Notes: generated by a model from the sequence alone, not told the origin. A stretch of DNA of 64,000 nt from Nageia nagi (GCA_050084985.1 JBITNC010000002.1:4154001-4218000); one strand, 5' to 3'; shown: positions 1-14,070, counted from the first letter of the stretch. Translations and numbers: made by a program.

Positions 1-927
1 AATTCTGTAAGCTCAGGGATGCTATTGAGTTGGTGAAGTTGCCCTCAAGGGGGAGTGAAGTTTGAATTTTTGTGTTGAATTCATGTTTGTGATGACAACT
101 TCACCCCTAGGAGGATTTTATGTTGTATAGTGTTGATTTTGTTGTACACTTGCATGGTAAGTTTGTTCTACATGAGGAACTTGTACAAATTGGCCAATCT
201 AGCACTGTTCAGTTATCCATGTGTGAGGAACTCTTATGTGTCTTTTGGCATTGTTTAGTTATCCATATGTGAGAAACTCATATATGCACACTCTATTTTT
301 GGTCAATATAGCACTGTTCAGTTATCCATGTGTGAGGAACTTTTGTGTGTCTTTTAGCATTGTTCAGTTATCCATATGTGAGAACTCATATATGCATACT
401 CTATTTTTGATCAATCTAGCACTGTTCAGTTATCCATGTGTGAAGAACTCTTATGTGCAATTTGGCACTGTTCAATTATCCATATGTGAGGAACTCGTAT
501 GTGCATACTCTATTTTGTAATGATAATCAACACATGTTTTTATATATAGCAAGTGACTATGAATTTTTGGCTTGGCATCTTTGTGATGATTATAGAGCAC
601 CATTGATCAGTTTATGATGGCAATTATTTGATTCATCTATCTTTGTTGATATGAATATGTTGCATCTAATTGATCTTATTTTTTTAGATGCTTATAACCT
701 GTAGGTTTTCTTAAGATTGCAAGTTACTTACTTTGGATGTGCAACCTCTTGGAGACTCTTCATGACTTCCAGTTGGATGACTACTTCATATACATTAAAA
801 CTAGTTATGGTTAATGATTGTATTTGGCAAAGTAGTGAGTCTCAAACTAGATCTTGCTTACTTCATAAATATGTAAAAAGTTCTCATCTTTGATTGTACC
901 TATTTGGAGGAGAACTCTCTTACTTTC
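1..927 (+). mobile_element. Ty1/Copia 3' end (RNase H tail, PPT, start of LTR or 3' UTR)
   Basis: FCKLRDAIELVKLPSRGS, then AAGGGGGAG (47-55) and TG at 56; right boundary uncertain. Confidence 0.6.
192..518. repeat. Higher-order tandem repeat: 3 x ~109 bp, each of two related subunits
   Basis: Core GCA(C/T)TGTT(C/T)A(G/A)TTATCCAT(G/A)TGTGA occurs six times; units start at 202, 311, 419. Confidence 0.9.
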
Positions 928-1551
928 TGTATAATGCATTATAAATGGAGTGTAGAACAAGTAATATTATCATATTCACTTAAATACTTAAGGTATCTAA
1001 TGATACCCTTAAGTAGTAGTGAATTTACAAAGAGGATTAATACAAACCTTTACAATAATGTATAATGCATTATTGTAAAGGTTTGTATTAAACCTCTTTG
1101 TAAATTCACTACTACTTAAGGGTATCATTAGATACCTTAAGTATTTAAGTGAATATGATAATATTACTTGTTCTACACTCTATGTCATGAGCATGCCCCT
1201 TAGGTAAAAGGATATGCATGTCATGCTTTTGTACATTGGATAAAAGGTGATCCAAAGAGGGATTTTGGCCTATAAATAGGAGGCTCCCTCTTTAGATCAA
1301 ACAACAATTTATGAAGTAAAGTTATGCTCTAAGATAGTGATTAGGAGATGAAGTTAAGAGAATTGTAAGAGAGTTGTATTTGTGAATGAAGAGAGATCTA
1401 GTTAGTGGATGATACTCCTAGTTGGAGGAACCACTTTATCTCTTAAGTTATTTTGTGAGATTGATTATGCTTTAGTTATCTTGATGTTTAAATAAGCTTC
1501 CATAAGATCTTGGTAGTTTAGGATTATATTAGTTATATTGTAATCCCTTCA
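928..1551 (+). mobile_element. LTR, same family as solo LTR D, with fold-back at its 5' end
   Basis: 1059..1551 aligns by eye to the reverse complement of 13301..14070 minus the TRIM; TATA box CTATAAATA near 1270; ends CCCTTCA; no TSD found. Confidence 0.75.
948..1180. repeat. Near-perfect inverted repeat, 113-bp arms, 7-nt loop
   Basis: 948..1060 is the reverse complement of 1068..1180 with one mismatch seen. Confidence 0.95.
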
Positions 1552-1649
1552 ATAGGGTTATCTTATTTTTTATTACCATCTCCCCATCCTGTAATGTTTT
1601 GAATAGGGGATAAAGGAAGGGACCATCCCTAATGAACTGAAGAGGATAA

Positions 1650-4600
1650 AGGTGGCAATGCATTCCATACAGAAGCTAGGTTAGTAGGGGGAGGTATATA
1701 GCAATCATTAAGAGGATGAGAGGAGCTCATCCCTGTGTTTTTGTAGCACTTCTAAGGAGTAGAAGTTTGAACCCAAGTGTGAGCACCTTATCGTGACTAC
1801 AAGCACAATGTTGGTCATTGGTGTGAGCAGGAGCATGATCAATATTGAGAAGTAGGGTTGGTAGGCAACCTAGTGATAGCACAAGGTGCATTTCCCCAAT
1901 ATTCCATAAGAGTATGGAGGTTGACAAGCTTAAGGTCCACTTTATGCATTTGGTCAATAATATGTATCTAGAGATTAAAAAAACTTGTATTTTATCAGAT
2001 AAAGCAACTTATGTAGAAGGAGTAGTTGCCTAAAAAATAACTTTGTTCCTAGATTTCCAAATATTGAATAACAAATTAGTATGAAATATTTTCCAGATAT
2101 TTCATAAAGGTAAAGTGAGGGTGAAAGAATCCCCTAAAAGAGCATATTGCCAGGAAAATGAAATGGTCATATAAGGAGATAAAAAAGATGACATACATTT
2201 CCAAGCTGATATGGACCTAGTGCATGATAAAAAAATATGCATTATTGACTCATGTTCATTACAAAAAGCATAATGATTATCTAGGATACCTAGGTACTTA
2301 AGATGAGTGTCAAGTTAGAGACTCTTATCTAGAATACTACATATAAAAAGGGACTTTTTGGGCTTGAGGCAAGAAGCCCAAGTGGCTACAAGACTCTATT
2401 TCTAGCGAGTATTCCTGGAAATAAGATCCCATTTCTCATTGAGTTATGGAACTGTAGGTGATGTTGGTGAAAGACAGTTATAGCCCATAGATGCTTTGTA
2501 ATTAAGCAAGGGGTATCAATTTGTCATCCCTAATCCTTACACAAAGGGTTATGGGAAGTCACACCTATTTTTTAGAGCACAAAGTAAGGTGTGAGTTCCA
2601 GAATAATATCATATATGGCCTTATCTAAGACATTCAAATAAAAAGAACACTTGAATTACTCCTAGGGAATCTAACTTCTAGTGTAATGGTAAAAAACGTC
2701 TACAATGGTAGCAATGTCTCATTTGAAAAATTTATAGGCATGGACCCATTAAACTTGGGCTAGAGGTGTTTCTTATTAATAGAACAAAGAGGACCACTAG
2801 ACATTAAGCTTATTTATGGAAAGGCCTTTATGTAATTCATTCCCTTTCCACTTAATCTAGGGCACCATTTGCTGCCAAGCTTTCCAGATGTTCCATATTA
2901 CAAAAGAACCTATAATCTTCACATAAACTGGAGATATAACAAGAGAGGGGAGGTCCATCCCTTTCCAATATTTTCTATTTAGAGGCAACCTAATATAAAT
3001 GACATATCAAATTAGAAACTTTCATGCTTTTGATCACTTAAGGGCTTTGACAATCCATTTGGCATACAAAAAGAAAGGGGTCCAAGGCACATCCCTTTTG
3101 GACATAAAGGTGAAGCCCAATAGCTTTTGTTTGACTATTATTCAATGAGAGCATCGCATAAGCATCTTGAAAAAAGCATACAAACTTTATTTAAGATCTT
3201 GGGACTGAACCCAAGAGCTTCAAGCATGAAGAGAATGAAATCCCATTCAATTATGTCGTAGGCTTTTTCAAAACCCAATTTGATGAAGAGGGCATGTTGA
3301 ATAAAGGCCTGAGCCCATTCCATACCTTCCTATACAACTATAACATTATCTAGGATATAATTATTTTGGATGAATCTAGTTTGCTTTGGGAGAACAATGC
3401 TAGGAAGGTGCATAGAAGATGCAAAGCAAGAGCTTTGGCAATGATCTTGCAGCTAACATTCAAAAGGATGGTCAACCTCCAATTGGTAATGAGCTTTGGG
3501 TCTCTCTACTTAGGTATGAATTTAATATTTCCTCTATTGATAATGGATCCCAAAGAGCTTGTATGGATTGCCTCTAGGTAGACTCTATGCAAATCCAAGC
3601 TAATGAACTCTGAGCATGCTTTATAGAATTCACATGGGAATCCATCCAATCTAGGGGCTTTACCATTTGCCATATGAGAGAGAGCATCTTCTAGTTCTTT
3701 TAGAGAGAGGGATTTATCACACTCAACCCTTAGAAAGGGTAAGAGGTAAGATGATATATTTTTATAACGTTCCAATGCTTGAGAGCATTCTATGATATAC
3801 GGATGGGTAGCAAAAATCTAAGTATAATGACATGTGAAGGATTTAGAAATATCAGGAAGAGATGTTAACTGAATTCCATCACCATATAAAGCTTTGAATT
3901 GAGTGGATTATCTTAGTGGTCTAATCTTGTGAAAAACAGCTTTGGTCATCTTATCCCCAATCTTATGCCAATGCATCCTAGACTTTATTTGTACTCCTTT
4001 GGCTTCATATAATTCCACTAAATTTAGATCATGCCTGATTTAGACAACTTAAGATTGCAAGTGAGAGCAAAAGGGGTTTGATTCCAAGTGGATAAAGGCT
4101 TGAGTAAGCTCCACTTGAAGAGATGAAGTGGATTGGTGCTTGAATTGTGTAACCTTATTGCCAAGCCTATGCAAAAGAGAAGAGGTGTAAAAGATTGCAT
4201 CATTCCACCAATCAATCCATCATGTCTCCTTGGGAGGTCTAGGGACTAGATTATACACTTTATGTATATGATAAAAGCATACCATCACTTTACAAAAAAG
4301 AGGTGTTCATAAAGAATTAGGATTTGTAATGTCGTTAAGAAAAAGAAGCAATCTACACCTTGAAGATGATTAGGGAATTATCAAAAGAGGTGAGGTCCAA
4401 AATAGTTTCCATAAATGAAGTAGAGGGCAATCATTAAGAGAAGAAGAATTCTAATTGATCAAAGAACATCATATGATCATGGCATTTGAGTACTCTTGCA
4501 TGGTAAGCTTGGATATTAGACCATGTGTACCACAAATGCTCATGAAAGTGCTCCATAATAAAGTTTGCATTTAAGTCTAACATCCCTATCTTATGCTTCA

Positions 4601-6200
4601 TAAAGAACCATGCTTCACATTCCCCAAGGGCACATTTATTAGAAGTGATGCTAATTTTATTAGAGGAGTTTTCCACCATATTGAAATCTCCACACATAAT
4701 CCAAACAATTGGTGAAGGTGATAATTCACACCACCACCATAAAGTATACCTTTTTAGGACCTCATTTGAGGCATAAACATTAATGAGTTTGAATGATATA
4801 CCATCAACATCTAGCACGATCCGTATGATTTGATGATTAAGATTTGTTCTCCATTAGATAAAGCTAGTTTTCCAATGATTGCCTAATAGAATAACGATGC
4901 TACTGATCCCATGGGTGTGATTGGTAGCATACATCTGGTTGTTAGGCTAGAGAGATGCATAAGTTAATTATAGAGTGAAATCAATTACCTTTACTTCTTA
5001 CAAACAAATAAAATCTATGCGATCAAAAACCTAAAAACATGATAACATCTCTTCTCAAACCATGTAACGTTAAATTGGGTCTATCATTCCTTCAACATTA
5101 TAAGAAAATAAATTTATTTAGGAATGTCAAGGAGTATACCTCCATGAGCATCCAAGTCAAGCTCTAAATCAGAAAGAGATAGAAAATAATTATTAAAGAA
5201 ACTTTTTTGCTCTTTATTTGGAGGGTTGGTGTGATGACATTTGTCAATATGAAATTATGCAATTTCCTTAATGAAGGATATGGGAACGCCAGCCTTGGGC
5301 TTGAGCATGAACCCCTTTCATTTTTTTTATTTCTAAATGATAATAAAAACCAAAGGAATACCATCATACTCTATAAAGACCCTCGACTCCTTGACACCTT
5401 GGGGTGTTTAACGAGGAGGAGTTTTAACCTCTAGAGAAGGTTTAAGAGCAACAAGTTGAGCATAACTTACAAAGGGCTTACTAGTATTAACTAATTTAGT
5501 TTTTTTATGTTTTCTTTGGGGAACCATCTACCACTCATCTTGGGCAACTTAGAGGTATTATCTTTGGAGGGAGATGGAGTAGCTGGAGTAACACTTTTGG
5601 CTTTGAACTTATCCACCATGAGTGGACAATCCTTAATCCTATGAGCACTTGATTAGCACCTATAACAAGTATTTAGGAGATTGACATATACAACCCTTTG
5701 AAGGATAAGGGTATCACTGACTTGGATGTCAATATACTCTTTCAAGGTTTTAGCAAGGTCAACCTTGACACAAATTCTCTTAGATGGATGAGCCGAATAG
5801 AACCAAGCAGGTTCATCATAGATAAACTCACTAACTTGGGTAATGAGGAGACGAACAAAAGGCCATATGGAAAGGGGGAGGCTTAAAAACTCTACACACA
5901 TGTAATACAAGGGAAACATTATCAGGGTTAGAAAACTAAAAATTAAAGAAAACTTTGGTAAAGGTTTGAACATGATCAACTTGAATTCCATATTAGCACT
6001 AATATTGATTAATTGAATTTTTAAGAACAACATACAAAGGGATGTGACCCCTAAAATACCTGATAAGAGTATGATACTCTAACCATGCACATGCATGATG
6101 AAATTAATTCATAGGAATGGTAAGATAAATAGATGTATTACTTCATATTAAACTTTAGGAATTAACTTCTAAGGATGTTTTGCTATGGTTGTTGTTTCCC
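1650..6200 (-). mobile_element. Degenerate L1-clade LINE (ORF1 + ORF2)
   Basis: ORF1 RICVKVDLAK and zinc knuckle TCYRC*SSAHRIKDCP (about 5620-6030); endonuclease INVYASN and WIMCGDFN (4434-4817); RT GKAPRLDGFPCEFYK and KLGFEKAYD (3138-3775); many stops. Confidence 0.85.
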
Positions 6201-8999
6201 AATCCAAAAACTTCAACCAAAGGTGAAGTTGAAGATTGAGGTTGACACATCTTAAATGGCCACAAATTTGCCCTAGGTAGAGTACATGCATAAATCAATT
6301 AGGATACATATAGATGGGTCTCACACACTCCTCGAGAGAGTAAGCAATGTGACACAAAATTGAGAAAACCTAATGCATGGAACTCGCTTCTACATTCACC
6401 CTAATGAGTGTAATAATTTATCACTTTATTTGGTAATTCATTAGTTGATAATAGTTTAAGAATTAATTATTCCTTTTTGATAATTTTTTATTACTTTATT
6501 TGAGTGTGGTGATTCTTGAATAATTTATTTAGTCAATAGAAGTAGTTTTGGAATTCTCTCCTACTAATAACGTGTATGTTTTTCTTCCTTCTTGCACTTT
6601 GATTATCAAGTTTTATCTCCAATATATGGGAGGAGGGGGGTTGGGGAGGATCTTCTTCATCGTTGATGTTGGTCCTAACCCCTTGAAACATCTAATATAA
6701 ATATTAATGCCTCTTTATAACCTTACTTTAAGAGGATCAATTTAAAGGAGGATATAAAGGCTTCATTTAATGTTAGAAAATATCAAATATAACTATAAAA
6801 ATATTTTTTATTTGAATCCAATTAACTTGTACCCTAGATTTAAGACTATAATGTATTATTTAAAAAATATGAAATATCAATTACAAATCATAGTTAATGT
6901 ATTTTCATTTGGTAAGGTAAATTTATATTAATTATGGTTTTAAGAGGAACTCAAAAAAACCTTAGTATAATATATTTACATAAAATTTTATATAAAATAC
7001 TCTTCATAGATGCTAAACTTTTGAGCATGCATTATGCAAAATACATTCATATATTTTGGTAGAATAAACCATAACAAACCCTTGACATCCATAAAAATCT
7101 TTTTAAGGTAGTTAAGTAACCAATACATAAAAAAGGCAGACATAATGTAGTACTTAAAATCTATATTTGAAAAACTTTCAATAAATGGCATGTTTTTCTT
7201 TCTTGCACACATTTGCATATGTGGAATATGTTCATTTTTTTACTCTTATTACCTCTCATCTTACATGCTTCATACAATACTTCATAAATAATGGCTTGTT
7301 TTTGTAGATATTTGATAGTTTTGACCTTAAGCATGCTCCTTGGCTTACGAGTAACTTCTTTAAAGCTTAGGTTGAACGCATTGTACTTTGGATTTGGGGG
7401 TTGATGGAGCTTAATAGTATGAACCTTTGCTACATCGTTATCTATAATGATGGATGTGTTTGTTGATTATAATATAATTTTAGTTTGTTTTAGCTTATAA
7501 TTTTTATACCCACACTAATATGGAGATCAACTTATTGGAGTGAAGATTATTTTGCAAAGGGTCTTCATGCTTAGTTTTTGATATGTTATTTTTTTTAACT
7601 TGGTTATATTTTGAGTAATGCAAAGTAGTGCTAATGCTTAACTACATGTATGAATTATTGATTAGATTATTAGGGATTAGAGTTTTCATCATTAGATGTA
7701 TTCTAGAAAAGTCTAGAGGTGATCTAACATGAACAAGACTATGAACTAATCTTGTGATGATCTATTACTTGACCAAGAGTGAATGACTTTTTAGTTATCA
7801 GACCATGTCATCCAACACCAACATTACTATAAAGAATGTTAATGCTCAAGGGACATATTCGTTTCAAGATAAGTTGAAGTGGTTAGAGGCATTTCTAAGT
7901 CATTTGGGGAGTTAGGAGAATCTTTCCATCTTTTAGGGGACACCAAATTTCTCTATATTATCTTATTATTCATATGTAAGGAGGTTATTATTATTTTTAT
8001 TGAAGTTCTTTGGATTTTTCTTAAATAATTTTGATTATGGGAAGCCATGAGATATGGCTAGTGAGGTTGAGGGGAGTTTTGTAGACAATATAAGAAGATT
8101 TTTTATTCTATTAGCATCATTGATTTCCCCATATTCTTCTTATCATTGTAATGAACTATTGATCCAAAATATATATAAGATCTTGTTTAGCTAAATTTAG
8201 CCCAATTGGGTAAACTAAGATAAATTTATGTGTCTTTATTTTGTAAATGTGAATGAATTTTTCCTATTAAACATTTCAATAATTTTAGGAATCACATATA
8301 TTTATTAAAGTTGACATAGAGGGAAAGATATAAATAAATCTATATTTGATGATCTTTAGAATAGCTTGGATTATAAAGATTGTCATATCACATAGTATTA
8401 GAGTGTAACATTGTGTTTAAGAGGCTTGTATATACAAGGCAAAAGATCTCAAAGGCTTTAGTTATTTCCTATTGATTCAAAAATTAGTAGAAGATATAGA
8501 AGAGCAATTTCCATCTAAAGAGAAGAGGAAAGGAAACCAAAAGTTATAATGTATAACATTGATTTTGAGAGGAGGTTTCTTGCAATGGAGAATAAAATGG
8601 CTAGAGTCATGGATTTAATTCTTAGAAGATAATCCATGGAGGATCCTATAACACCTCAATTTGATAAAAGTAGTTCAAATGGTATTAGTTCTTCTCATGT
8701 CATTACTTCATTACCATTCAAAGTAGAGGCCAAAGTTGAAATCCCTACATTTGGAGGATAAATTGATGCTTAGAAGTTAAATAACTGGTTGAAACATTTG
8801 GAGGCATATTTTTAAATTTAGTGTGTTGTTGATGATGCTTAAAAAATTTCTTTTGCAAGATTAAAAATGATTGGTCATGATTTGATTTGGTGGGAGAGTC
8901 ATTTGGAAGTCCTCTAGTATGAAAAACATTCGCTTATTTCTACTCGGGATGATTTTAATAATTTACTAAGAGATCAATTCTATCCTTTAGGTCATCATA

Positions 9000-11900
9000 A
9001 GTTAGGAACCTAACATAACTAAAAAGGATTTTATTTGAAATAGCAATAAAATACTAAAAATATTAAATAACCAATGGATTTATAAAGTAATAAAATGTAT
9101 AGAAATGGAACAATGCACTCAAATTGATAAAAAGATAACATAACAAAATAACTTTATTGATATAAATATGAATTGCAAGTCATTTCAAGGGGGCTTCCTC
9201 CTCACAACTTAAAAAGATAAATAATTTTTCTAGATATATCTTTACCCTTAATACAAATATTTATAATCTTCCTACCCTAACCCTAATTGAAGATTTAATT
9301 CAAAATGGTGATTCGCCTTACAAATATATGATGGTTCACATCACAAGTCAATATGAGCCAATAATTAAAATAACTACTAATATAATTAAACCTGATTAAA
9401 TGTTAGGATGTGGGATCCTAACATGCCACCCTCTTAATTTTTTTTTTATCCTCTAAGCTAAAAATTTAGAAACTCCTACTGAAGATTATGCACAACTTCC
9501 CAAGTTTCATCCTCATATGCTAAGCCATACCATTGAATAAGAGCTTCGATGATGGTTCCATTATGAAGTTAACAATTACACCATTCTAAAATTAATTCTA
9601 GTTTGATCTTGATGGAGCCATTATCTATGAAATCTAGTGACTATTTTTTGTCCTTAACATGGGATCCCAATGGCCTTTTCAAACATGAAACATGTACACT
9701 AGATGTACTTTGGAGGAAACCTATAACTTTAACTTATATGCAATAGGGCCAATGAGTTGGAGGATTTTATAAGGTCCAAAAACTTAAGAGTTAATTTTTG
9801 AGTTCCCTTAATCTTTAGATATTTCTGATGATAAGTTTGAAGCCTTAGGAAAACCATTTCCCCTTCTTGAAACTATTGTTCAACCTTGTGCTGATCATCT
9901 TATTATTTCATGCAGTGTTGAGCCATTTGCAAATTTTATTGAAGAAGATGGAGGATATTAGCCCGTGTAGTCAATTCAATGTTAATCATCTGAATATTGG
10001 TATTTCCCATAATATAGGAGGCCATAGTGGGTGGTGCCTTATCATATAGTACCTCATAAAGGGTCATTTGGATGGTTGTATGATATTTAATGTTTTACCA
10101 TCATTCCACTAAGGGGAAGCCATTTCACCCAATGAATTGGTTGAGAAGAGATAAAGCAACGTAGATAAGTCTCTAGGCACTTATTAATTATTTTAATCTA
10201 ACCGTCAATTTATGGATGATAGTTAGAACTCATGTTGAGTTGAATTCCTTGAAGCTTGAAGAACTCCTGCCAAAATTTATCAATGAAGGTAGGATCTCGA
10301 TCACTAACTATGGTATATGGCATACCATGGAGCCTTAATACATTATCAATGAAAAGTTGATCCACATTGATAGCCTTGAATGAATGGGCCAAGGAACAAA
10401 TGCATGCATACTTAGATAATCGATCAACTTCTAGTAAGATAATAAATTTTCCATGAGAATTTGGAAGACCTTCAATGAAATCCATCAAAATGTCAATCCA
10501 AGTGCGACTCAAAATTAGAATAGGTTGAAGGAACCTAAGGGTGCCCATTGTCTCACCTTTTTATCATTGGCAAACATCACATTATATAATAAATTTCTTG
10601 ATGTCCTATTTCATCCCATCTAAATAAAAATATCAAGTCGCTCTTTTATAGGTTTTAAGAAACCTTGAGTGCCTTATCGATGGTAAAGCATGTAGCTCCT
10701 AAAGTATGGTTTTGTGGTATGAAGAGGTGAAGGACCCTTGAATCGTAAAATTCCATCTTGCCAAGAGAAATTGGATTTACTAATAGGATGAGTTTGAAGT
10801 TGTTAAATCAATGTTTGAGTCTAACTATATTGAAGCCATTCATGTTTGACTTGCTCTATCCATCATGGACCTAGTAATGATATTGCTTGAAGTGTTGCAG
10901 GTTCCTCAAATTTTTGATAAAAGAGAATCAACAACCATATTCTCCTTGCTCTTCTTGTATATTATCTCTTTCATTTGATGTCATTAAGAATTTAATTTAT
11001 CTTCAACGGGTTTGTCTAACATAATTACCTCCATCATAGTTTTTGAATTAAACATTTTCACTTCCACTTGAATCTCATTCTTTAATATGATAATGAATCA
11101 ACTTAAATGATTCATCTAACCCTTTAATGCGATTTGCAAGTTTTTCAAACTAAATTTGATAACCCTTCTTAGATGTAGTTTATTGTAACTTAATTAAAGC
11201 TCCTTTGAAATCTACAAAGTTGCTTGGACCAAACTAAAATAATAGATATTTTGTAAAATATCCCCAAGGAGGGATTTCATTTACCTTCTCAAACCATTGG
11301 TACCATTAGATGGCTTAATGTTCAAGATGAAATAATCTAATATTTACCTTTTGTGCCTCGATAATTTAATTCAATGAGAAATAATGTTCTAATTTATAAA
11401 TCCAACCATTTGGATCATCACCACCAAATTTTAAGAAGTCAAGCTTGGTTGTTCATGGAAAAATGAGTGCCTATTAAGGATCCTAGTGCATTTGATATGA
11501 TTTTCCCCTTGATTGTGGGGAGCCTCCAGATTGTTGGCATCCTAAACTTGGGCTTGTACCCAAATTTGATATTGTTTGATTTATTATTGCCATGTTGGTG
11601 CTCAAGGTATCATATTTGGCATCAATATTGGCTATTATTTTATTGAATCCCATAATGATCTATTTCAATAGTTCAATAATTTCATCTACCCTTGCTTATA
11701 ATTTCTCATGGTCTTAAGATCTCCTTCCTTCAACCATTTGAAATTACACTAGTTCTAACTTACTATTTTTAGAAACTGTTATTTTTGGAAACTAAAAATG
11801 TTTATGGGTGCTATATATCAAAATGATCAGTACAAAAATTTATGCACAATGGACTAGGCCTCAAAATGATGATTTTTAAAACTCCAAACTCTTATTTCTA

Positions 11901-12764
11901 AAAGATTGTTACCAAAGGTAACAAACGAACACTCTCTAAATTTGTTAATTCTTCTCGATTTGGAAGTTAATGCCCCAATTAGTTTTTCCCCATTATGAAA
12001 ACTACTATTTTAGGTATAAAAATAACAAATTATAAAACTAAAAGGGTATAAAAATAATGAATGACTTATAATTCAAAACTAAACATATAATAAAACTAAA
12101 TGAGAACATGACCCAAGTAGAAAAAAAATGGCTCAAAAAGAGGTCTTGCATAGAATTCTATAAAACTTTTGGTAGAGTTATGGTTGTGAAATGGATACAA
12201 TATAGGGTTTTGACTTGATGCAACCACACAATTTGGGAAAATTTTGGCTTAGTTCCAACTAAAAATGGATAATTTCTATACCTCCAACTTGATGCGACCA
12301 CATAGAACTGCCTATAGGTAGCTAAAATTGAAGCTTTGGTACAATTTGTTAGGAACGTAATAAAACTAAATAAGGGTTTTATCCGAAATAGCAAACATAC
12401 CGAAAATACTAAATAACCAATGGATTCATAAAGTAATAGAACACATAAATGGAATAATACAATGCACTCAGATTGATAACAAGATAACTAAACAAAATAA
12501 CTTTATTGATAGCAATATGAATTATGGGTTGCTTCGAGGGGGATTTCTCCTTACAACTCAAAATATAAATGATTTTCCAAGATGATCTCTTTATCCCTCT
12601 TACTAATATTTATAGTCTTCCTACCCTAACCCTAATTGGTGATTTAATTCAAAATGACGATTCACCTTATAAAAATATGATGGTTCACATCATAAGTTGA
12701 TAATTAAAATATATACTAACATAATTAAACAAGTAATTAAATGTTAGGATATGGGATCTTAACA
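9000..12764 (-). mobile_element. Element B: internally deleted chromovirus (Reina-like), nested in gag of A
   Basis: LTRs 9000..9423 and 12347..12764; degenerate TSD TCATA/CCATG; degenerate Met PBS near 12333-12344; gag KLDFLKFGGDDPNGW; integrase (ORF 10210..10548); chromodomain EALIQWYGLAYEDETWE. Confidence 0.85.
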
Positions 12765-13300
12765 CCATGGTAAGTAATTAATGAAATGAAAAATCTTTAG
12801 TTAATAAAGAGGATAATCTATTCAAGAATACATAACAAAAATTAGGAATCAAACTACCTTACTTAGGGTATCTCTTAAACATCCTCAAGTACTGGTGAAA
12901 TAAATAGGGGGTTTGTATAGTCATTTGCAAAAGAATATGATATTATTTAATCCTAACTAGAGACTACAAATAATGAATTAAATAAATAATTCATTGATAT
13001 GATATACAATAAATAATATGTTTGAATTAGTACAATCCATATATGATCTATAATTGATGTGTAAACCTCATAAATGAATAGATCTTTTTAAGTGCATGAG
13101 AAACAAGTGGTCACATGCCTACCTTCATGCACACAAATTAACTTGATTCATGCACACGAATTGAAGTATATGGAACAAATAAAAAATATTGCAAATATGA
13201 CTTCAAACATGATACATATTATGCATAACGTACATTGTTAATAGTCTGAAATATGAAGAATCTAATTTCGCATAAAGAACAAAATATGATCGCTACAACT

Positions 13301-14070
13301 TGAGAGAGTTGAACTATAAATTAAATAACTCTAAACTCTCAAGATCACATGAAAGCTCATAATATGCATCTAACAAAATCACTAAGCAATCTCATAAAGA
13401 TAACACAAGATGTAAGTGGTTTCTCCAACTAGGAATACATCCACTAACTAGATCTCTCTTAATCTCAAATATGAACTCTTACAATTCTCCTAATCCCAAC
13501 TCCTAAACTGTTATGAACCGTTACACCAAAAGGTTGACCTATTAGTGAATCCGCACACCCAAGATCTTAACATTCCACCATGCTCCGCATCCGATGTCCT
13601 TGATGGCTCTCACTTATGGTGGCTCTCACTCTAATCTTATCTAGGTAGCCCTTTCCACAGTAGCCCTTTCTGGGGATTCGAACTTGGGACGTATGGCCTG
13701 CTCTGATACCAAATGTTATGAACTGTTACACTAAAAGGTTGACTTGTTAGTGAATCTGCACACCCAAGATCTTAAAATAAACACTATCCTCTAGCATAAA
13801 TTTAATTCACAAATTGGTGTGTGATCCAAAGGGAGCCTTCTATTTATAGGTCAAAATCCCTCTTTAGATCACCCTTTTACCCAATGTACAAAAGCAAGAC
13901 ATGTACATCCTTTTACCCAAGGGGCATGCTCATGACATGGAGTGTATGACAAGTTACATTATCATATTCACTTAAATACTTAAGGTATCAAATGATACCC
14001 TTAAGTATTAGTGAACTTACATAGAATATTATTACATAACCTTTACAATAATGCATTATACATTCCAACA
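13301..14070 (-). mobile_element. Element D: solo LTR inserted in the 3' LTR of C
   Basis: TG..CA ends; TSD CAACT/CAACC; the other LTR of C shows the empty site CTACAACTAGGG. Confidence 0.85.
13509..13777 (-). mobile_element. Element E: TRIM, 269 bp with 64-bp LTRs
   Basis: LTRs 13509..13572 and 13714..13777 (6 differences); TSD TAAAC on both sides; perfect PBS TGGTATCAGAGC on the minus strand at 13700-13711. Confidence 0.93.

Noticed and set aside
192-518. CRISPR-like regularly spaced repeats and ORF 236..520
   Set aside because: The spacers are themselves repeated, there are no cas genes, and the context is a eukaryotic retrotransposon; the ORF is a by-product of the repeat
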